Below, piece by piece: positions 19,734 through 30,741 of a stretch of DNA of 64,000 bases. Position 1 is the stretch's first letter; each line of letters opens with the position of its first letter. The stretch is from positions 1,897-65,896 of the forward strand of contig JAKSLV010000003.1 in NCBI GenBank assembly GCA_024401025.1, read 5' to 3'. Made by a program: the position numbers and the translations under genes. The stretch comes from Bacteroidales bacterium. Lineage in GTDB: Bacteria; Bacteroidota; Bacteroidia; Bacteroidales; UBA3824. The notes beneath the pieces are model-generated. The model worked only from the letters and a program-made list of their open reading frames with translations, did no database searches and was not told the origin of the DNA.

Positions 19734-22700
19734 ATGATAAAAAGACTTGCATTATACATATCTATCTGCATCACATGCATTTGCGGATCATTTGCGCAGC
19801 TCATGCCCCAGGATTTCGCATCGCAGTTCCTGTATTCGTACCTTACGGTGGAAAACGGCCTCAGCAACAACTTTGTGGACGGCATCTACAAGGACAGCCA
19901 CGGCTTTATATGGATATCCACAATGGGCGGCGGACTGCTGCAATACAACGGCTACGACCTCATGCAGCTGAGCACACGCGGCAACTACAAAATAAAGAGC
20001 AACTACGTGCGCAAAGTGTGCGAGGACAACTTCTCGCGATTGTGGATAGCATCGGAACGAGGTGTCGACATCATGGACCTGAACACCAACAGCAAGTACG
20101 AAAACATCGACGACAGCCAACCCGACTTCAACAAATCCGCCCGATGCATCATAAAAGACTCGCGCGGAAGCATCTGGATCACCTACGACAGAACAATAAC
20201 CCGTTTCGACTTCGACAACAAGGGCAACATCAGCAACACATACCACCTGCATCCGGGCTCGCTATCCAAGGCACCCATAACCGCCATATACGAGATGGAG
20301 GGACAGATGCTGGCCGGCATAGACAGCAAGGTGATGAAGATAGTAAGCGACAACCGCGGAAACCTCATAGCCACTCCCCTATCCACAAGTATGAAGCTAA
20401 ACTGCAACATAGTGAAATGCCTGATGGCAAAGGAAAACGATCTGTGGATAGGCACCGACAACGGATTGTACAGATACAGCACCAACCCCGAGATCCTTAA
20501 AAGATACACCCACGACAACGGCAACCCAAGGTCGCTGTCGCAAAACATGATATCCGACATACAAGTATCCAAGACAGGACGCCTGCTGGTATCAACTCTC
20601 AAGGGACTCAACTTCTATGACCCGCACACCGACGATTTCGACATCATCACGCAGTACAACGGAACAGAAGAGGAGCATCAGACCATAAACAGCGACTTCA
20701 TAAACTGCATCTACTGCGACGACCGCATGATATGGCTGGGCACAGAGAGCTGCGGCGTAAACAAGATCATAAAACCCGCCATATCAGTAAAAAACTACGT
20801 TTCCAACAACAACAACCCACACTCGATATCGCAGGGCCCGGTAAACTCGATATACCTAGACAACGACAACGTGCTGTGGGTAGGCACGGTGGAAGGCGGA
20901 CTAAACAGGAAGGAGCCCAACAGCAACGACTTCAGGACCTACACCATACTTGACGGACTGCCCCACAACTCCGTAAGCTGCATACTGCCTATCGACAACA
21001 ACACCCTGATGCTTGGCACATGGGGCGGCGGCTTCTCTTTCTTCGACAAGAAAGCCGGACGCGCCATCAAAAACATAAACGTGGAAAACGAGCTTACAAA
21101 CACCAGCTTTGTGGGCACCATGAACCTCGACACCATAAACAACGGCGTATGGCTGGGCACCAACCACGGCATATACTTCTACTCCATGAAGTACGACAAG
21201 GTGCTCAACGTGCTCAACGACTCCATAAACAACCAGATTCACGGATGCCTGGGATCCACCGACAAGCTGGACACCCTGGCCATAGGAACCACGATGGGCA
21301 TAATAAGATTTGTGCCATCGCAGGTAAGAGTGGAGGCCGACACCATAATGGCAACCCCCATAATAGACCACCCATTCACCAGCGAAACCGAGTTCCGCAC
21401 CAAGGTAACATCATTCATAACGCTGGCAGACAGCACTTTCTATGTGGGCACCAACGGATACGGCCTCATAGCATACAAGCTGGGCACACACACCAACAGA
21501 CTAAACACCGACAACGGACTGCCCAACGACATTGTGGCCAGCATTCTGGAAGACAACAGCCACAACCTGTGGATAGCCACATCAAACGGCCTGTGCTGCT
21601 ACTCGCCCACAACCGAGCGACTGGCCAAATGCTACAGGGAAGACGGAATCTGCAGCAACCACTTCTTCTGGAACGCAGCCTACAAGCGCGAGGGATCCAA
21701 CATACTGTATTTCGGCACAATAAACGGCCTGGTGGAAATCGACATCGACCGGTCGTACAACCAGCCTCCCTACAATACAGTATACCTTACATCCCTGTCG
21801 ATAAACGACCAGGAGATCACCCCCGGCAACGGCGACTACATAAAAACGGTGATAAACCGCACATCCGACATCTACGTGCATGAGAGCGACCGATCCATAA
21901 CCATAGAGTTCTCGGCCCTCAACTACAAGAACCCCGCCATCATGGAATACCAGTACAGGCTGCTGGGCTACACCAACGAGTGGACATCGATGCGCCACAA
22001 TCAGAGGATGGCAGTATTCAGCAACCTACCGGCCGGCAACTACAAATTCCAAGTAAGGTGCGCCACCGGAAACATGGAATTCTCCGAGCCCACCGAAATC
22101 ACCATCCACTCCAAGGGCTATTTCTACAAGCAATGGTGGTTTTTCGTGCTGATGCTTCTGTTCTTCGCAGGAATCGCCTACATCATAGCACAGATACGCC
22201 TCGTAAACCTCCGCCGCCAGACACAGGAGCTGGAGGCCCGCGTATCAAGGCGCACCGCCGCCCTCGACGCCAAAACCAAGGAGCTTAGCCAGCAAAACCG
22301 GATGCTCTTTGCCCAGAACGACGAAATCAGCAGGCAGAACGAGAAAATCACCAGCCAGAAAATGCAGATGGAGAAGATGAACCAGAAAATCCAGGAACTC
22401 ACACTCGACAAGCTGGCCTTCTTCACCAACATCACACACGAGTTCAGGACTCCGCTCACCCTCATCATAGGACCAATAGAGCGAGCCCTGAAGCTTTCCA
22501 CCAATCCCAAGGTGATAGAGCAGCTAAACTTTGTGGACCACAACAGCAAGCACCTGCTAAGCCTCGTAAACCAGCTGATGGACTTCCGCAAGGTGGAAAC
22601 CGACAACATGCCAATCACCATGAAACCCGCCAACATGCTTAGCCTGGTGGAGGACATCCTGCTGCCGTTCCGCGCGCTCACACAGGAGAAAGGCATATCG

Positions 22701-23954
22701 CTGAACTTCTACCACCACCTGCACACACCTTATATAATGCTGGACCGCGAGGCCACCCACAAGATAATAACCAACCTTGTGGGCAACGCATGCAAATACA
22801 CGCCCGACGGCGGCAAGATAGACGTATTCCTGGCCACGATGCCAAACACAAAGAAAATCTACCTCTGCGTATCAGATTCGGGAAAAGGAATTGTGGAATC
22901 CGACATCGAGAAAGTTTTCAACAGCTTCTATCAGTCGGAAAACGGCGAGATGGTGAAATCGGGCAAGATACAGGGCTCGGGCATAGGACTCTACCTCTGC
23001 AACAGGATAGCGCAGCTGCTGGGCGGCAAAATCACCGCGCGCAACAACCACACCCATGGAGTAAGCTTCAGGATGATAGTGCCTCTGGTGGACGTGCAGG
23101 AGCAGCAGGCCGCACCGGTATCCAACTTCCTGAACGAAGCATCAGACACCAACGACTACGAGCAGGATTTCGACCCCAACGCACCTCACAAGATGTCGAT
23201 ACTGATAGTGGACGACAACGAGGAGATGCGCCAGTACGTGAGATCCGTGCTTAGCGACACATACTCGATACTGGAGGCCCGCGACGGCAACAACGCCCTC
23301 CAGGTGCTTAAATCACACATGGTGGACCTGATACTTACCGACATGATGATGCCCGGAATGGACGGAATGGAACTGGCAAAGGCTGTAAGGGGCGATATCA
23401 ACATATCGCACATACCTATTATTATACTTACGGCAAAAACCTCGCGCGACACTCAGCTGGAGAGCTTCCAGAACGGCGTGGACGACTACATAATAAAGCC
23501 GTTCGACGAGGCCGTGCTAAGGGCAAAAATCCACACGCTGGTGGAGAACAGGACAAAATTCCAGCAGAGATTCAGGAGCGACATGAATGTGGAGAGCCTC
23601 AACATATCCGAGGACTCATCCGACAAGAAATTCATGGACAAGGCCATGAAAGTGCTGAAAGACAACTTCAAGAACTCCGAGTTTGACGTTACGGAGTTTG
23701 TAAACGAGATGGGAGTAAGCAAAACATTGATGAACAAGAAGATGCAGGCGCTTACACAACAGAGCACGGGCCAGTTTATCCGCAGCTACCGTCTAAAAGT
23801 GGCCCATGACCTGATAATAAAGAACCGCATCACCCACAACATGAACATCTCGGAAATAGCCTATGAAGTGGGATTCAACGATCCCAAATACTTCACACGC
23901 TGTTTCACCAAGGAGTTCAACGCTACGCCATCCAGCATGATGGGCGACGAATAA
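19734..23954 (+). CDS. Hybrid two-component system (beta-propeller sensor, Y_Y_Y, HisKA, HATPase, REC, AraC)
   Basis: ENGLSNN/DGLPHN propeller repeats, TM, FFTNITHEFRTPL, GSGIGL, ILIVDDN, EIAYEVGFNDPKYFTRCF; start taken at MIKRL. Confidence 0.96.
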   Translation: MIKRLALYISICITCICGSFAQLMPQDFASQFLYSYLTVENGLSNNFVDGIYKDSHGFIWISTMGGGLLQYNGYDLMQLSTRGNYKIKSNYVRKVCEDNFSRLWIASERGVDIMDLNTNSKYENIDDSQPDFNKSARCIIKDSRGSIWITYDRTITRFDFDNKGNISNTYHLHPGSLSKAPITAIYEMEGQMLAGIDSKVMKIVSDNRGNLIATPLSTSMKLNCNIVKCLMAKENDLWIGTDNGLYRYSTNPEILKRYTHDNGNPRSLSQNMISDIQVSKTGRLLVSTLKGLNFYDPHTDDFDIITQYNGTEEEHQTINSDFINCIYCDDRMIWLGTESCGVNKIIKPAISVKNYVSNNNNPHSISQGPVNSIYLDNDNVLWVGTVEGGLNRKEPNSNDFRTYTILDGLPHNSVSCILPIDNNTLMLGTWGGGFSFFDKKAGRAIKNINVENELTNTSFVGTMNLDTINNGVWLGTNHGIYFYSMKYDKVLNVLNDSINNQIHGCLGSTDKLDTLAIGTTMGIIRFVPSQVRVEADTIMATPIIDHPFTSETEFRTKVTSFITLADSTFYVGTNGYGLIAYKLGTHTNRLNTDNGLPNDIVASILEDNSHNLWIATSNGLCCYSPTTERLAKCYREDGICSNHFFWNAAYKREGSNILYFGTINGLVEIDIDRSYNQPPYNTVYLTSLSINDQEITPGNGDYIKTVINRTSDIYVHESDRSITIEFSALNYKNPAIMEYQYRLLGYTNEWTSMRHNQRMAVFSNLPAGNYKFQVRCATGNMEFSEPTEITIHSKGYFYKQWWFFVLMLLFFAGIAYIIAQIRLVNLRRQTQELEARVSRRTAALDAKTKELSQQNRMLFAQNDEISRQNEKITSQKMQMEKMNQKIQELTLDKLAFFTNITHEFRTPLTLIIGPIERALKLSTNPKVIEQLNFVDHNSKHLLSLVNQLMDFRKVETDNMPITMKPANMLSLVEDILLPFRALTQEKGISLNFYHHLHTPYIMLDREATHKIITNLVGNACKYTPDGGKIDVFLATMPNTKKIYLCVSDSGKGIVESDIEKVFNSFYQSENGEMVKSGKIQGSGIGLYLCNRIAQLLGGKITARNNHTHGVSFRMIVPLVDVQEQQAAPVSNFLNEASDTNDYEQDFDPNAPHKMSILIVDDNEEMRQYVRSVLSDTYSILEARDGNNALQVLKSHMVDLILTDMMMPGMDGMELAKAVRGDINISHIPIIILTAKTSRDTQLESFQNGVDDYIIKPFDEAVLRAKIHTLVENRTKFQQRFRSDMNVESLNISEDSSDKKFMDKAMKVLKDNFKNSEFDVTEFVNEMGVSKTLMNKKMQALTQQSTGQFIRSYRLKVAHDLIIKNRITHNMNISEIAYEVGFNDPKYFTRCFTKEFNATPSSMMGDE

Positions 23955-24021
23955 TCTTTAATCTTTAATCTTTAATCTTTAATCTTTAATCTTTAATCTT
24001 TAATCTTTAAACTTTAAACTA
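23952..24021. repeat. Heptamer tandem array (TAATCTT)x8 plus 2 variants
   Basis: Fills the whole gap between the convergent HTCS and rlmN stops. Confidence 0.95.
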
Positions 24022-25044
24022 TCCATTCATCTCCTTAGTGGAGAGCAGGCCGCAGGCGGCGTTGATGTCCTCGCCGCGCGATGCGCGTATGGTGGTGATG
24101 ATGCCGCGCTGTTCCAGTATCTGCTGAAACTCGTGTATCCTGATATCCGACGACGCGTGGAAATCGCTGCCCGGATGCTCATGATAGCGGATAAGGTTTA
24201 CCCTGGAAGGTATTCCCTGAAGGATGCTGGCCAGCTCGCGGGCGTGGCGTGGGCTGTCGTTGAAGCCCTGTATCATGATGTACTCGGCGCTGAACCTGCG
24301 CTGATGGCGGAAATCGTACTGACGCACCATGTCGAGGGCGCGCTTTAGTGGCTGAGCCTTCTCGATTGGCATAATCTCGGCACGCTCGTCGGGGAAAGGA
24401 TTGTGGACCGATATGGCAAGGTGAACATCTGTCTTCTGGAGAAACTGGCTGAGTGCCGGCACCAGACCCACGGTGCTCAAGGTCATGCGGTGGGGGCTCA
24501 TGGCAAAACCGTAATCTGCGGTAAGAATCTCGAGAGCCTGCATGATGTTGTCAAGATTGTCCATAGGCTCGCCCATGCCCATGAAAACAAGGTTGGTGAG
24601 CTTCTCGAACTCGGGCAGCGCCTTTATCTGGTTGAGTATCTGGTTGGTGCTGAGGTTTCCGCCAAAGCCCTGAAGCCCGGTGTTGCAGAACTTGCAGCCC
24701 ATCTTGCATCCACTCTGGCACGACACGCAGAGAGTGGCCCTGTCGCGGTCGGGAATGTATGCGGCCTCCACGTAGCGGTTGTCGCCCACCTTATATAAAT
24801 ACTTCTTGGTGCCATCCTGCGATACCGACTCCTTGATGGGAGGCTCGATGCCGAAGGTGAATCTGGCAGAAAGCAGTTCCTTGGCCTTCTTGGAGATGTT
24901 GGTCATCTCGTCGAAGGATGTTATGTTTTTCTTGTAGAGCCAGTCGGCAATCTGCTTGGCGGTAAACTTGGGCAATCCAAGCTCTGCCACCACGGCCTGA
25001 AGCTGGCTGATAGTCATGCCGAAAATCGGCTGAAGGTTTTCCAT
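24019..25044 (-). CDS. rlmN: 23S rRNA A2503/tRNA methyltransferase RlmN
   Basis: CKMGCKFC radical SAM motif, MGMGEP, GEDINAACGLL. Confidence 0.95.
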   Translation of the reverse strand: MENLQPIFGMTISQLQAVVAELGLPKFTAKQIADWLYKKNITSFDEMTNISKKAKELLSARFTFGIEPPIKESVSQDGTKKYLYKVGDNRYVEAAYIPDRDRATLCVSCQSGCKMGCKFCNTGLQGFGGNLSTNQILNQIKALPEFEKLTNLVFMGMGEPMDNLDNIMQALEILTADYGFAMSPHRMTLSTVGLVPALSQFLQKTDVHLAISVHNPFPDERAEIMPIEKAQPLKRALDMVRQYDFRHQRRFSAEYIMIQGFNDSPRHARELASILQGIPSRVNLIRYHEHPGSDFHASSDIRIHEFQQILEQRGIITTIRASRGEDINAACGLLSTKEMNG

Positions 25045-25062
25045 TGATATATCTAAAAAAAA

Positions 25063-26118
25063 TTATTTGCTCTGTCTTGTGCGGCGGTAAAACTGCTCGA
25101 AACTCTCCTTGGTGTAGGCCTCCTCGCCGTAGAACTTCAAGATCACCGACCAGAAGTCAGGAGAGAAAAACTCGTTGACGCTGCCCACGAATTTCTGATC
25201 GCTGTTGAAGAAATACATAGCCGGAAACTTGTAGTTGCCGTTGGTGAGCGCCTGGGTAAACTGGTTGGGCATTCCCTCGCCAAGCGATACAAAAGGCTTG
25301 TCGTTGCCAAACCAGTAGATGGAATCTTTTGTGGTGGCCTCTATCCTTATGGGATAGAAATGCTCGTTGATGTAGCTGGCCATGGTGGAATCCTTTAGCA
25401 CGGCATGCTCATGCACGATGGATCCCATGGTGATGTATGGCACCTGTCCGCGGTATTTGTCGTCGATGTATAGGTCCACAATAACGGGGCGCTTCTGCTT
25501 GGCGGCAAGTTTCTTGGCCTCCTCCACGGTAAGCCATTTTATCTCGCCTGATGTGTTGGCCTTCAGGTTGCGGGCCTTGGCCAGCTCCTCCTTGTAGGCA
25601 TCAGGAAAACTAAGCATATACAAGTCCTTGAAAGTCTCCAGATCGCAGTAATTGGTTTTGTCCTCGGCAAAATACACAAGGATAGGCTCTATGCCCCTCA
25701 CCTCCATGTATCCGGGTATTGGCGCCACGTGGCCATCGCGGTCGATGTACACGATGGTGGGATAGCTGAGGTGCTGGCCCATGAGATGCGGCGCCAGAGA
25801 GTTAACACGGCCGTTGGAGTTTACCCACTCCTTGCCCTGGAAACGTATGGTGTCGGTGGTTTCGGCATCGAACCTCACGCAGTAGAAATTCTGGTTGATG
25901 TAGTTGGCCAGGCTGACATTCTGGAACGTGGTGGCCATCATGCGCTTACACCATCCGCACCAGTCGGTGTAGACATCAATCATAAACGGGCGGTGCTCGA
26001 TGGAATCCAGACGCTCGGCCTCCTGAAACGAGATCCATTTTATTGGTCCCAGATTTTCCTGAGCCCTGATGCCCAGCGCAAATGCCAAAATGGCGATAGT
26101 AAGTATAATCTTTCTCAT
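25063..26118 (-). CDS. Secreted tandem thioredoxin-like (DUF255-like) protein
   Basis: Signal peptide; YTDWCGWCK in domain 1; homologous domain 2 lacks CxxC. Confidence 0.75.
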   Translation of the reverse strand: MRKIILTIAILAFALGIRAQENLGPIKWISFQEAERLDSIEHRPFMIDVYTDWCGWCKRMMATTFQNVSLANYINQNFYCVRFDAETTDTIRFQGKEWVNSNGRVNSLAPHLMGQHLSYPTIVYIDRDGHVAPIPGYMEVRGIEPILVYFAEDKTNYCDLETFKDLYMLSFPDAYKEELAKARNLKANTSGEIKWLTVEEAKKLAAKQKRPVIVDLYIDDKYRGQVPYITMGSIVHEHAVLKDSTMASYINEHFYPIRIEATTKDSIYWFGNDKPFVSLGEGMPNQFTQALTNGNYKFPAMYFFNSDQKFVGSVNEFFSPDFWSVILKFYGEEAYTKESFEQFYRRTRQSK

Positions 26119-26352
26119 AGTGTTTTGCAGGTATTGGGTTTATGATGCAAAAATAATAATTTTTTACGCTAAAACATTCGGGAATATTGCACAAATTTTG
26201 GCACTTAACAATTTTTATTTATTCGGGCAGGCCTCAGCTGTAAAGAAAACTATATCAAAAAGCAAAAAAAGAAGTAAAAATACAAATGTTTGGCAACAAT
26301 TTTGTAATATTGCGTATCAGTACAAATCTTATAAAAAAACAAGAAACCGAAA

Positions 26353-27408
26353 ATGAAAAGAATCCTAAAGACATTGGCAGCCGCAGTAATGATGCTGACT
26401 GCCGGAATCAACGCCAACGCACAGGTGGAGAGCGACATATTCGAGAAACTCTCCGACATCATGACCGACGACCAAAACCAGGCCCTCATAAAACTCCAGG
26501 AGGATATAGCCAAGAGCGAGAAGAACGTGGTGACCGCCGACAACACCGACAAGCAATACTCCAAGCTGCTGGACAGCGGCAAAAAGGGCAAGCAGAAAAA
26601 AGGTGAGAAGAAAACCGTGGAGGTAAAGAAAACCAGAATAAAGGCCGCCAAGATGTTCGAGAAGTCGTATCAGGCATACGTAGACCTCTGCAAAACCATA
26701 GTGGAGGAAAACGACTTTGAGTTCGACGCCGACAAGAGCACCGCCGAAGACTACATTGCACAGGCCGAGGAAGCCCTCAGAGAAGGCAACGCCAAGCTTT
26801 CAACATACAGCAAGATGCAGGACAAGGCTCTGGAGACCGCCACATACAAGAAGATGAAGACCGACCTTGACGCCTGCAAGCAGAAATACGAGGCAGCCGC
26901 CAGCCACGCCAACGACGCCGTAAGGCTCCTGGCCGACCAGGCCGACAAGAAGCAGAAAATGGACGAGGCCGAGCAGAACGACTGGAACAAGGCTGTACAG
27001 GCCAACACCATCGACTCTTACAACAGATACATCAACAAGTATCCCACCGGCAAGTACGTGAACGACGCGCGCCGCCGCATTGCCAACCTCCAGAACATGG
27101 CAAAGGTGAAGAAACCTACATCTGACGACGTAAACGAGGGTCTCTGCTACAGAATACAGATCTGCGCCGATCAGAAGCCATGGAGCAGCCGCAAGCTTCA
27201 GCGCCTCTACAAGGGATCGCTCCAGATAGACGAGCGCCAGAGCGACGGATACTACAAATACTGGATAGGATGCTACAGAACATACAACGAGGCCCAGACC
27301 GCCGAGCAGGAAATGAGGCTTAAGGAATCGTTCATAGTATGTTTCAACAACGGACTCCAGATCCACGTTACCGAGGCTCAGGAAATCGAAAGCAAATACG
27401 GTGAATAA
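26353..27408 (+). CDS. Secreted helical protein with C-terminal SPOR-like domain
   Basis: Signal peptide, coiled coil, YRIQICA...YYKYWIGCYRTYNEA...SFIVCFNNG SPOR-like pattern. Confidence 0.6.
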   Translation: MKRILKTLAAAVMMLTAGINANAQVESDIFEKLSDIMTDDQNQALIKLQEDIAKSEKNVVTADNTDKQYSKLLDSGKKGKQKKGEKKTVEVKKTRIKAAKMFEKSYQAYVDLCKTIVEENDFEFDADKSTAEDYIAQAEEALREGNAKLSTYSKMQDKALETATYKKMKTDLDACKQKYEAAASHANDAVRLLADQADKKQKMDEAEQNDWNKAVQANTIDSYNRYINKYPTGKYVNDARRRIANLQNMAKVKKPTSDDVNEGLCYRIQICADQKPWSSRKLQRLYKGSLQIDERQSDGYYKYWIGCYRTYNEAQTAEQEMRLKESFIVCFNNGLQIHVTEAQEIESKYGE

Positions 27409-27458
27409 AAAAAAGCGTTGCCGGGATGCGATGAGAAACTCCCAGCAACGCTTTTTTC
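27407..27458. terminator. Bidirectional terminator
   Basis: aaaaaagcgttgccggga / tcccagcaacgctttttt. Confidence 0.8.
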
Positions 27459-27459
27459 A

Positions 27460-28623
27460 TTATTGTGCCTTCCGCACCTCCACCACCACCATCTCGGGGC
27501 GCGACGATGTCCTTACGGGAGGGCCCCATGTGCCGTATCCGCTGGAAGTGTAGAAATCTGTGTTTCCTATGCGGAATTGTCCGTGGTCGTTCAGGAACAT
27601 GCGTTTGGTAATCAGAAAGAAAGGCCAAAGCTGCGCACCTCCGTGGGTGTGTCCGCTAAGCTGGATGTCCACACCGGCGGCAGCGGCCTCCTCCAGGGCA
27701 GATGGCTGGTGGTCCAAGGCTATGCAGTAGGTGGAAGTATCAGCCATAGCCACAAGCTCCTTCATAGGCTTGCGGTGGCGTCCGGGCCTGTAGTTCAGGC
27801 TCTTGTCGTCGCGGCCTATTATGGTTACTCCAAAAGGCAGAGAGCTGATGCTGTCGCGCAAAACGGTAACGCCGCTCCTGCGCATGAAATCGGTGGCCAC
27901 ATCCACATCGCCTATCCACTCGTGGTTGCCCACAGCGGCAAAAATTCCGTATCCGGCATTCACCTGTCGGAGAATCTCCCCCACCCTGCTGTTTACAACC
28001 GGATATGGGTCGCCATCAAAGAAATCGCCGGCTATCACCACAAAATCCACATCGGGCTCGCTGTTGATGCGGTCGCGCAGGGTCTCCATGAAGCCATCGC
28101 AGTGCATGATGCCCAGATGCACGTCGGAGATGAGGATATACTTGAAATCGCGGCTTATGTTTTTGGAGGTCTGATACTGAAGCCTCCTAGCCACGGGATG
28201 CCGCGCATTAAAGTATCCGGCCACCAACATCAAAACCACTATGGAGCAGCCCACCACCGAGGCCACCCATGCCTTGGGATCGCCATACTGGAACCTGAAG
28301 CTGAGGAAATCCGCCCTTGGCACCACGCAGCATATCAGGCGCAAAACATCCAGCATCAGAAACACCAGAAATAAATACAGCATGGCCGCCAGCAGCCACG
28401 ATCCTATCATGGTGAAGGGTGTGGAGAGCGCATACAGGCCGCGGCCCTGAAGCACCCAGCCGATGACAAACGCGAACATAAGAACGGCGAAAACGCCCTT
28501 GCCCAGCCAGTTTTGCCAGGTGCCGGGCTGCGGCATCAGGGGGCTGATGCGGCTGTAAATATACACCGACAAGCCGCACAAAACCAGCAAAATGGTAAGC
28601 ACGAAAAAAATCATAGATCTCAT
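27460..28623 (-). CDS. Membrane-bound metallophosphoesterase (calcineurin-like)
   Basis: N-terminal TM helices; SDVH, GDFFD, GNHE, HQP, SGHTHG motifs. Confidence 0.9.
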   Translation of the reverse strand: MRSMIFFVLTILLVLCGLSVYIYSRISPLMPQPGTWQNWLGKGVFAVLMFAFVIGWVLQGRGLYALSTPFTMIGSWLLAAMLYLFLVFLMLDVLRLICCVVPRADFLSFRFQYGDPKAWVASVVGCSIVVLMLVAGYFNARHPVARRLQYQTSKNISRDFKYILISDVHLGIMHCDGFMETLRDRINSEPDVDFVVIAGDFFDGDPYPVVNSRVGEILRQVNAGYGIFAAVGNHEWIGDVDVATDFMRRSGVTVLRDSISSLPFGVTIIGRDDKSLNYRPGRHRKPMKELVAMADTSTYCIALDHQPSALEEAAAAGVDIQLSGHTHGGAQLWPFFLITKRMFLNDHGQFRIGNTDFYTSSGYGTWGPPVRTSSRPEMVVVEVRKAQ

Positions 28624-28724
28624 TATTGAATTTTTTGTAAAAATTTTTGCTAAAATTAGCAAGGAAATTGTAACTTTGCAAAATTATTAAACGCAAATAG
28701 ATAAATTTAACCACTATTAAAAAT

Positions 28725-29624
28725 ATGAAACCTACACTAGTAGTATTAGCAGCCGGAATGGGAAGCCGTTACGGCGGACTCAAGCAGATCGACAAACTTG
28801 GCCCATCAGGTCAGGCCATTCTCCAATATTCATGTTTCGACGCCGCCAGGGCCGGATTCGGCAAGGTGGTTTTCGTAATCCGCCGCGACATCGAGAAAGA
28901 CTTCAAGGAGGTGATAATATCAAAGGTGAGCAAATCGATACCATGCGAATACTGTTTCCAGGACAAGGACGACCTTCCAGAGGGATTCTCACTGCCTGCC
29001 GACAGGGAAAAGCCTTGGGGCACAGCGCACGCCGTAATGGCCGCCCGCCACATCGTAAAGGAGCCTTTCGCAGTAATCAACGCCGACGATTTCTACGGCA
29101 AAGAGGCGTATCAGACCATTGCCGACTACTTCAAGACCCTGCCAGAGGGCTGCACCAACCAGTACTGCATGGTGGGATATCCAGTGGCCAACACCCTTAG
29201 CGACTACGGCACCGTAAGCCGCGGAGTATGCAACCGCGATGCCGAGGGCAACCTTACCACAGTGGTGGAGCGCACCAAGATCATCCGCGAGAACGGCAAG
29301 ATAGTTTTCATAGAGGACGATGCCAAGACCGAGATTGCCGAGGACACCCCCGTATCGATGAACTTCTGGGGATTCATGCCAAGCTTCTTCGATTATCTGG
29401 TAAGGGATTTCAGCAGCTTCCTCAAGGAAAACATCAGCAAGCCAAAGGCCGAGTTTCTGATACCTACCGTTGTGGACAACCTCATAAAGAGCAATACCGC
29501 CAAAACCAAGGTGCTTACAAGCAACGCCAAGTGGTTTGGAGTCACCTACAAGGAAGACCGCCCCACTGTGGTGAAGAAATTCCAGGACCTTACCGACTGC
29601 GGCGAGTATCCAGCCGATTTCTAG
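28725..29624 (+). CDS. Sugar-phosphate nucleotidyltransferase
   Basis: LAAGMGSRYGGLKQ, KPWGTAHA, INADDFYG, WFGVTY. Confidence 0.9.
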   Translation: MKPTLVVLAAGMGSRYGGLKQIDKLGPSGQAILQYSCFDAARAGFGKVVFVIRRDIEKDFKEVIISKVSKSIPCEYCFQDKDDLPEGFSLPADREKPWGTAHAVMAARHIVKEPFAVINADDFYGKEAYQTIADYFKTLPEGCTNQYCMVGYPVANTLSDYGTVSRGVCNRDAEGNLTTVVERTKIIRENGKIVFIEDDAKTEIAEDTPVSMNFWGFMPSFFDYLVRDFSSFLKENISKPKAEFLIPTVVDNLIKSNTAKTKVLTSNAKWFGVTYKEDRPTVVKKFQDLTDCGEYPADF

Positions 29625-29697
29625 AAAATAAATTTTGAAATATCGCCAAATGGTCTTATATTTGCAAAATATTGGACAAACAAGTATATAAAACAAA

Positions 29698-30531
29698 ATG
29701 TCGGTATTAACAACATTAAGAAAGGCAGTGCCAAGCATTCTTACATGCTCGAGCGCATTCTGCGGAATGCTCTCCACATTTTTGGCGCTGGAGGGCGAGA
29801 AAAGCCTTGTTTGGGCATGCTATTTCATATTATTGGCAGCGCTATTCGATTTCAGCGACGGTTTCGCAGCACGCCTGCTGAACGCCTGCTCGGAAATGGG
29901 CAAGGAGCTGGACTCGCTGGCCGACACAATAAGTTTCGGCGTGGCACCCGCAGCCATTATGTATCAGTTCATCAAACAGAGTATGCGCCTTAAGGGCAAC
30001 CTTTTCTCGTTCGAGACATGGCAGATAGTGGCGCTGATAAGCTGCATACTGATAGCTGTATTCGCAATACTAAGGCTGGCCAAGTTTAATGTGGATCCCG
30101 AGCAGGCCCACAGCTTCAAGGGTCTGGCATCGCCTGCCAACGCAATGTTTGTGGCATCCATTCCGCTCATCGACGCCATGATGCCCGAGGACCTCTATTT
30201 CCTGAGATTCTTCCAGTGGGTAACCGGCATCGACCTCGATTTCCAGATTACCCTCGGCCTCATAGGACTTCAGGTGTTTGTGTTCGGCAAATGGTTCATA
30301 ACACTGCCGCTGGCATTGTTTTTCGCAGCCATGATGGTGGGAAACCTGCCAATGTTCTCGCTGAAGATGAAGCATTACAGCTACAGTGAAAACAAGACGG
30401 TTTTCAACTTCCTGATATTTTCAGCAATCATGCTGCTGCTGATGCAATGGATTGCAGTGCCGATAATAATACTGGCCTACATAATAGTATCGCTGGTGGT
30501 ACACTGCAAAAACAAGCAAAACGCACAATAA
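29698..30531 (+). CDS. pssA: CDP-alcohol phosphatidyltransferase (phosphatidylserine synthase-like)
   Basis: DFSDGFAAR...GKELDSLAD.ISFGVAP, LRLAKFN. Confidence 0.8.
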   Translation: MSVLTTLRKAVPSILTCSSAFCGMLSTFLALEGEKSLVWACYFILLAALFDFSDGFAARLLNACSEMGKELDSLADTISFGVAPAAIMYQFIKQSMRLKGNLFSFETWQIVALISCILIAVFAILRLAKFNVDPEQAHSFKGLASPANAMFVASIPLIDAMMPEDLYFLRFFQWVTGIDLDFQITLGLIGLQVFVFGKWFITLPLALFFAAMMVGNLPMFSLKMKHYSYSENKTVFNFLIFSAIMLLLMQWIAVPIIILAYIIVSLVVHCKNKQNAQ

Positions 30532-30544
30532 GCCAATCAGATAT

Positions 30545-30579
30545 AAAAAGCCACGTCAGCAATCTGACGTGGCTTTTTT
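30545..30579 (+). terminator. Terminator after pssA (bidirectional form)
   Basis: aaaaagccacgtcag / ctgacgtggcttttt. Confidence 0.85.
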
Positions 30580-30582
30580 CAT

Positions 30583-30692
30583 TTGTTTTTATCGCACTGA
30601 TGACACTGATGACACTGATTTTACACAGATTATTTGATATTATCTAAAAAAAATCTGTGTAATCTGTGATATCTGTGCGAAATAACTAACGT
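30583..30692 (+). repeat. Dispersed palindromic element, copy A (opposite orientation to copies C-F)
   Basis: tcgcactgatgacactgatgacactgattttacacagat...atctgtgtaatctgtgatatctgtgcga. Confidence 0.9.
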
Positions 30693-30694
30693 TC

Positions 30695-30741
30695 TTTTAT
30701 TCCTTTATTCCTTTATTCTTTTATTCTTTCATTCCTTCATT
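30695..30741. repeat. Octamer tandem array TTATTCYT overlapping the nth 3' end
   Basis: ttattcct ttattcct ttattctt ttattctt tcattcct tcatt. Confidence 0.85.
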
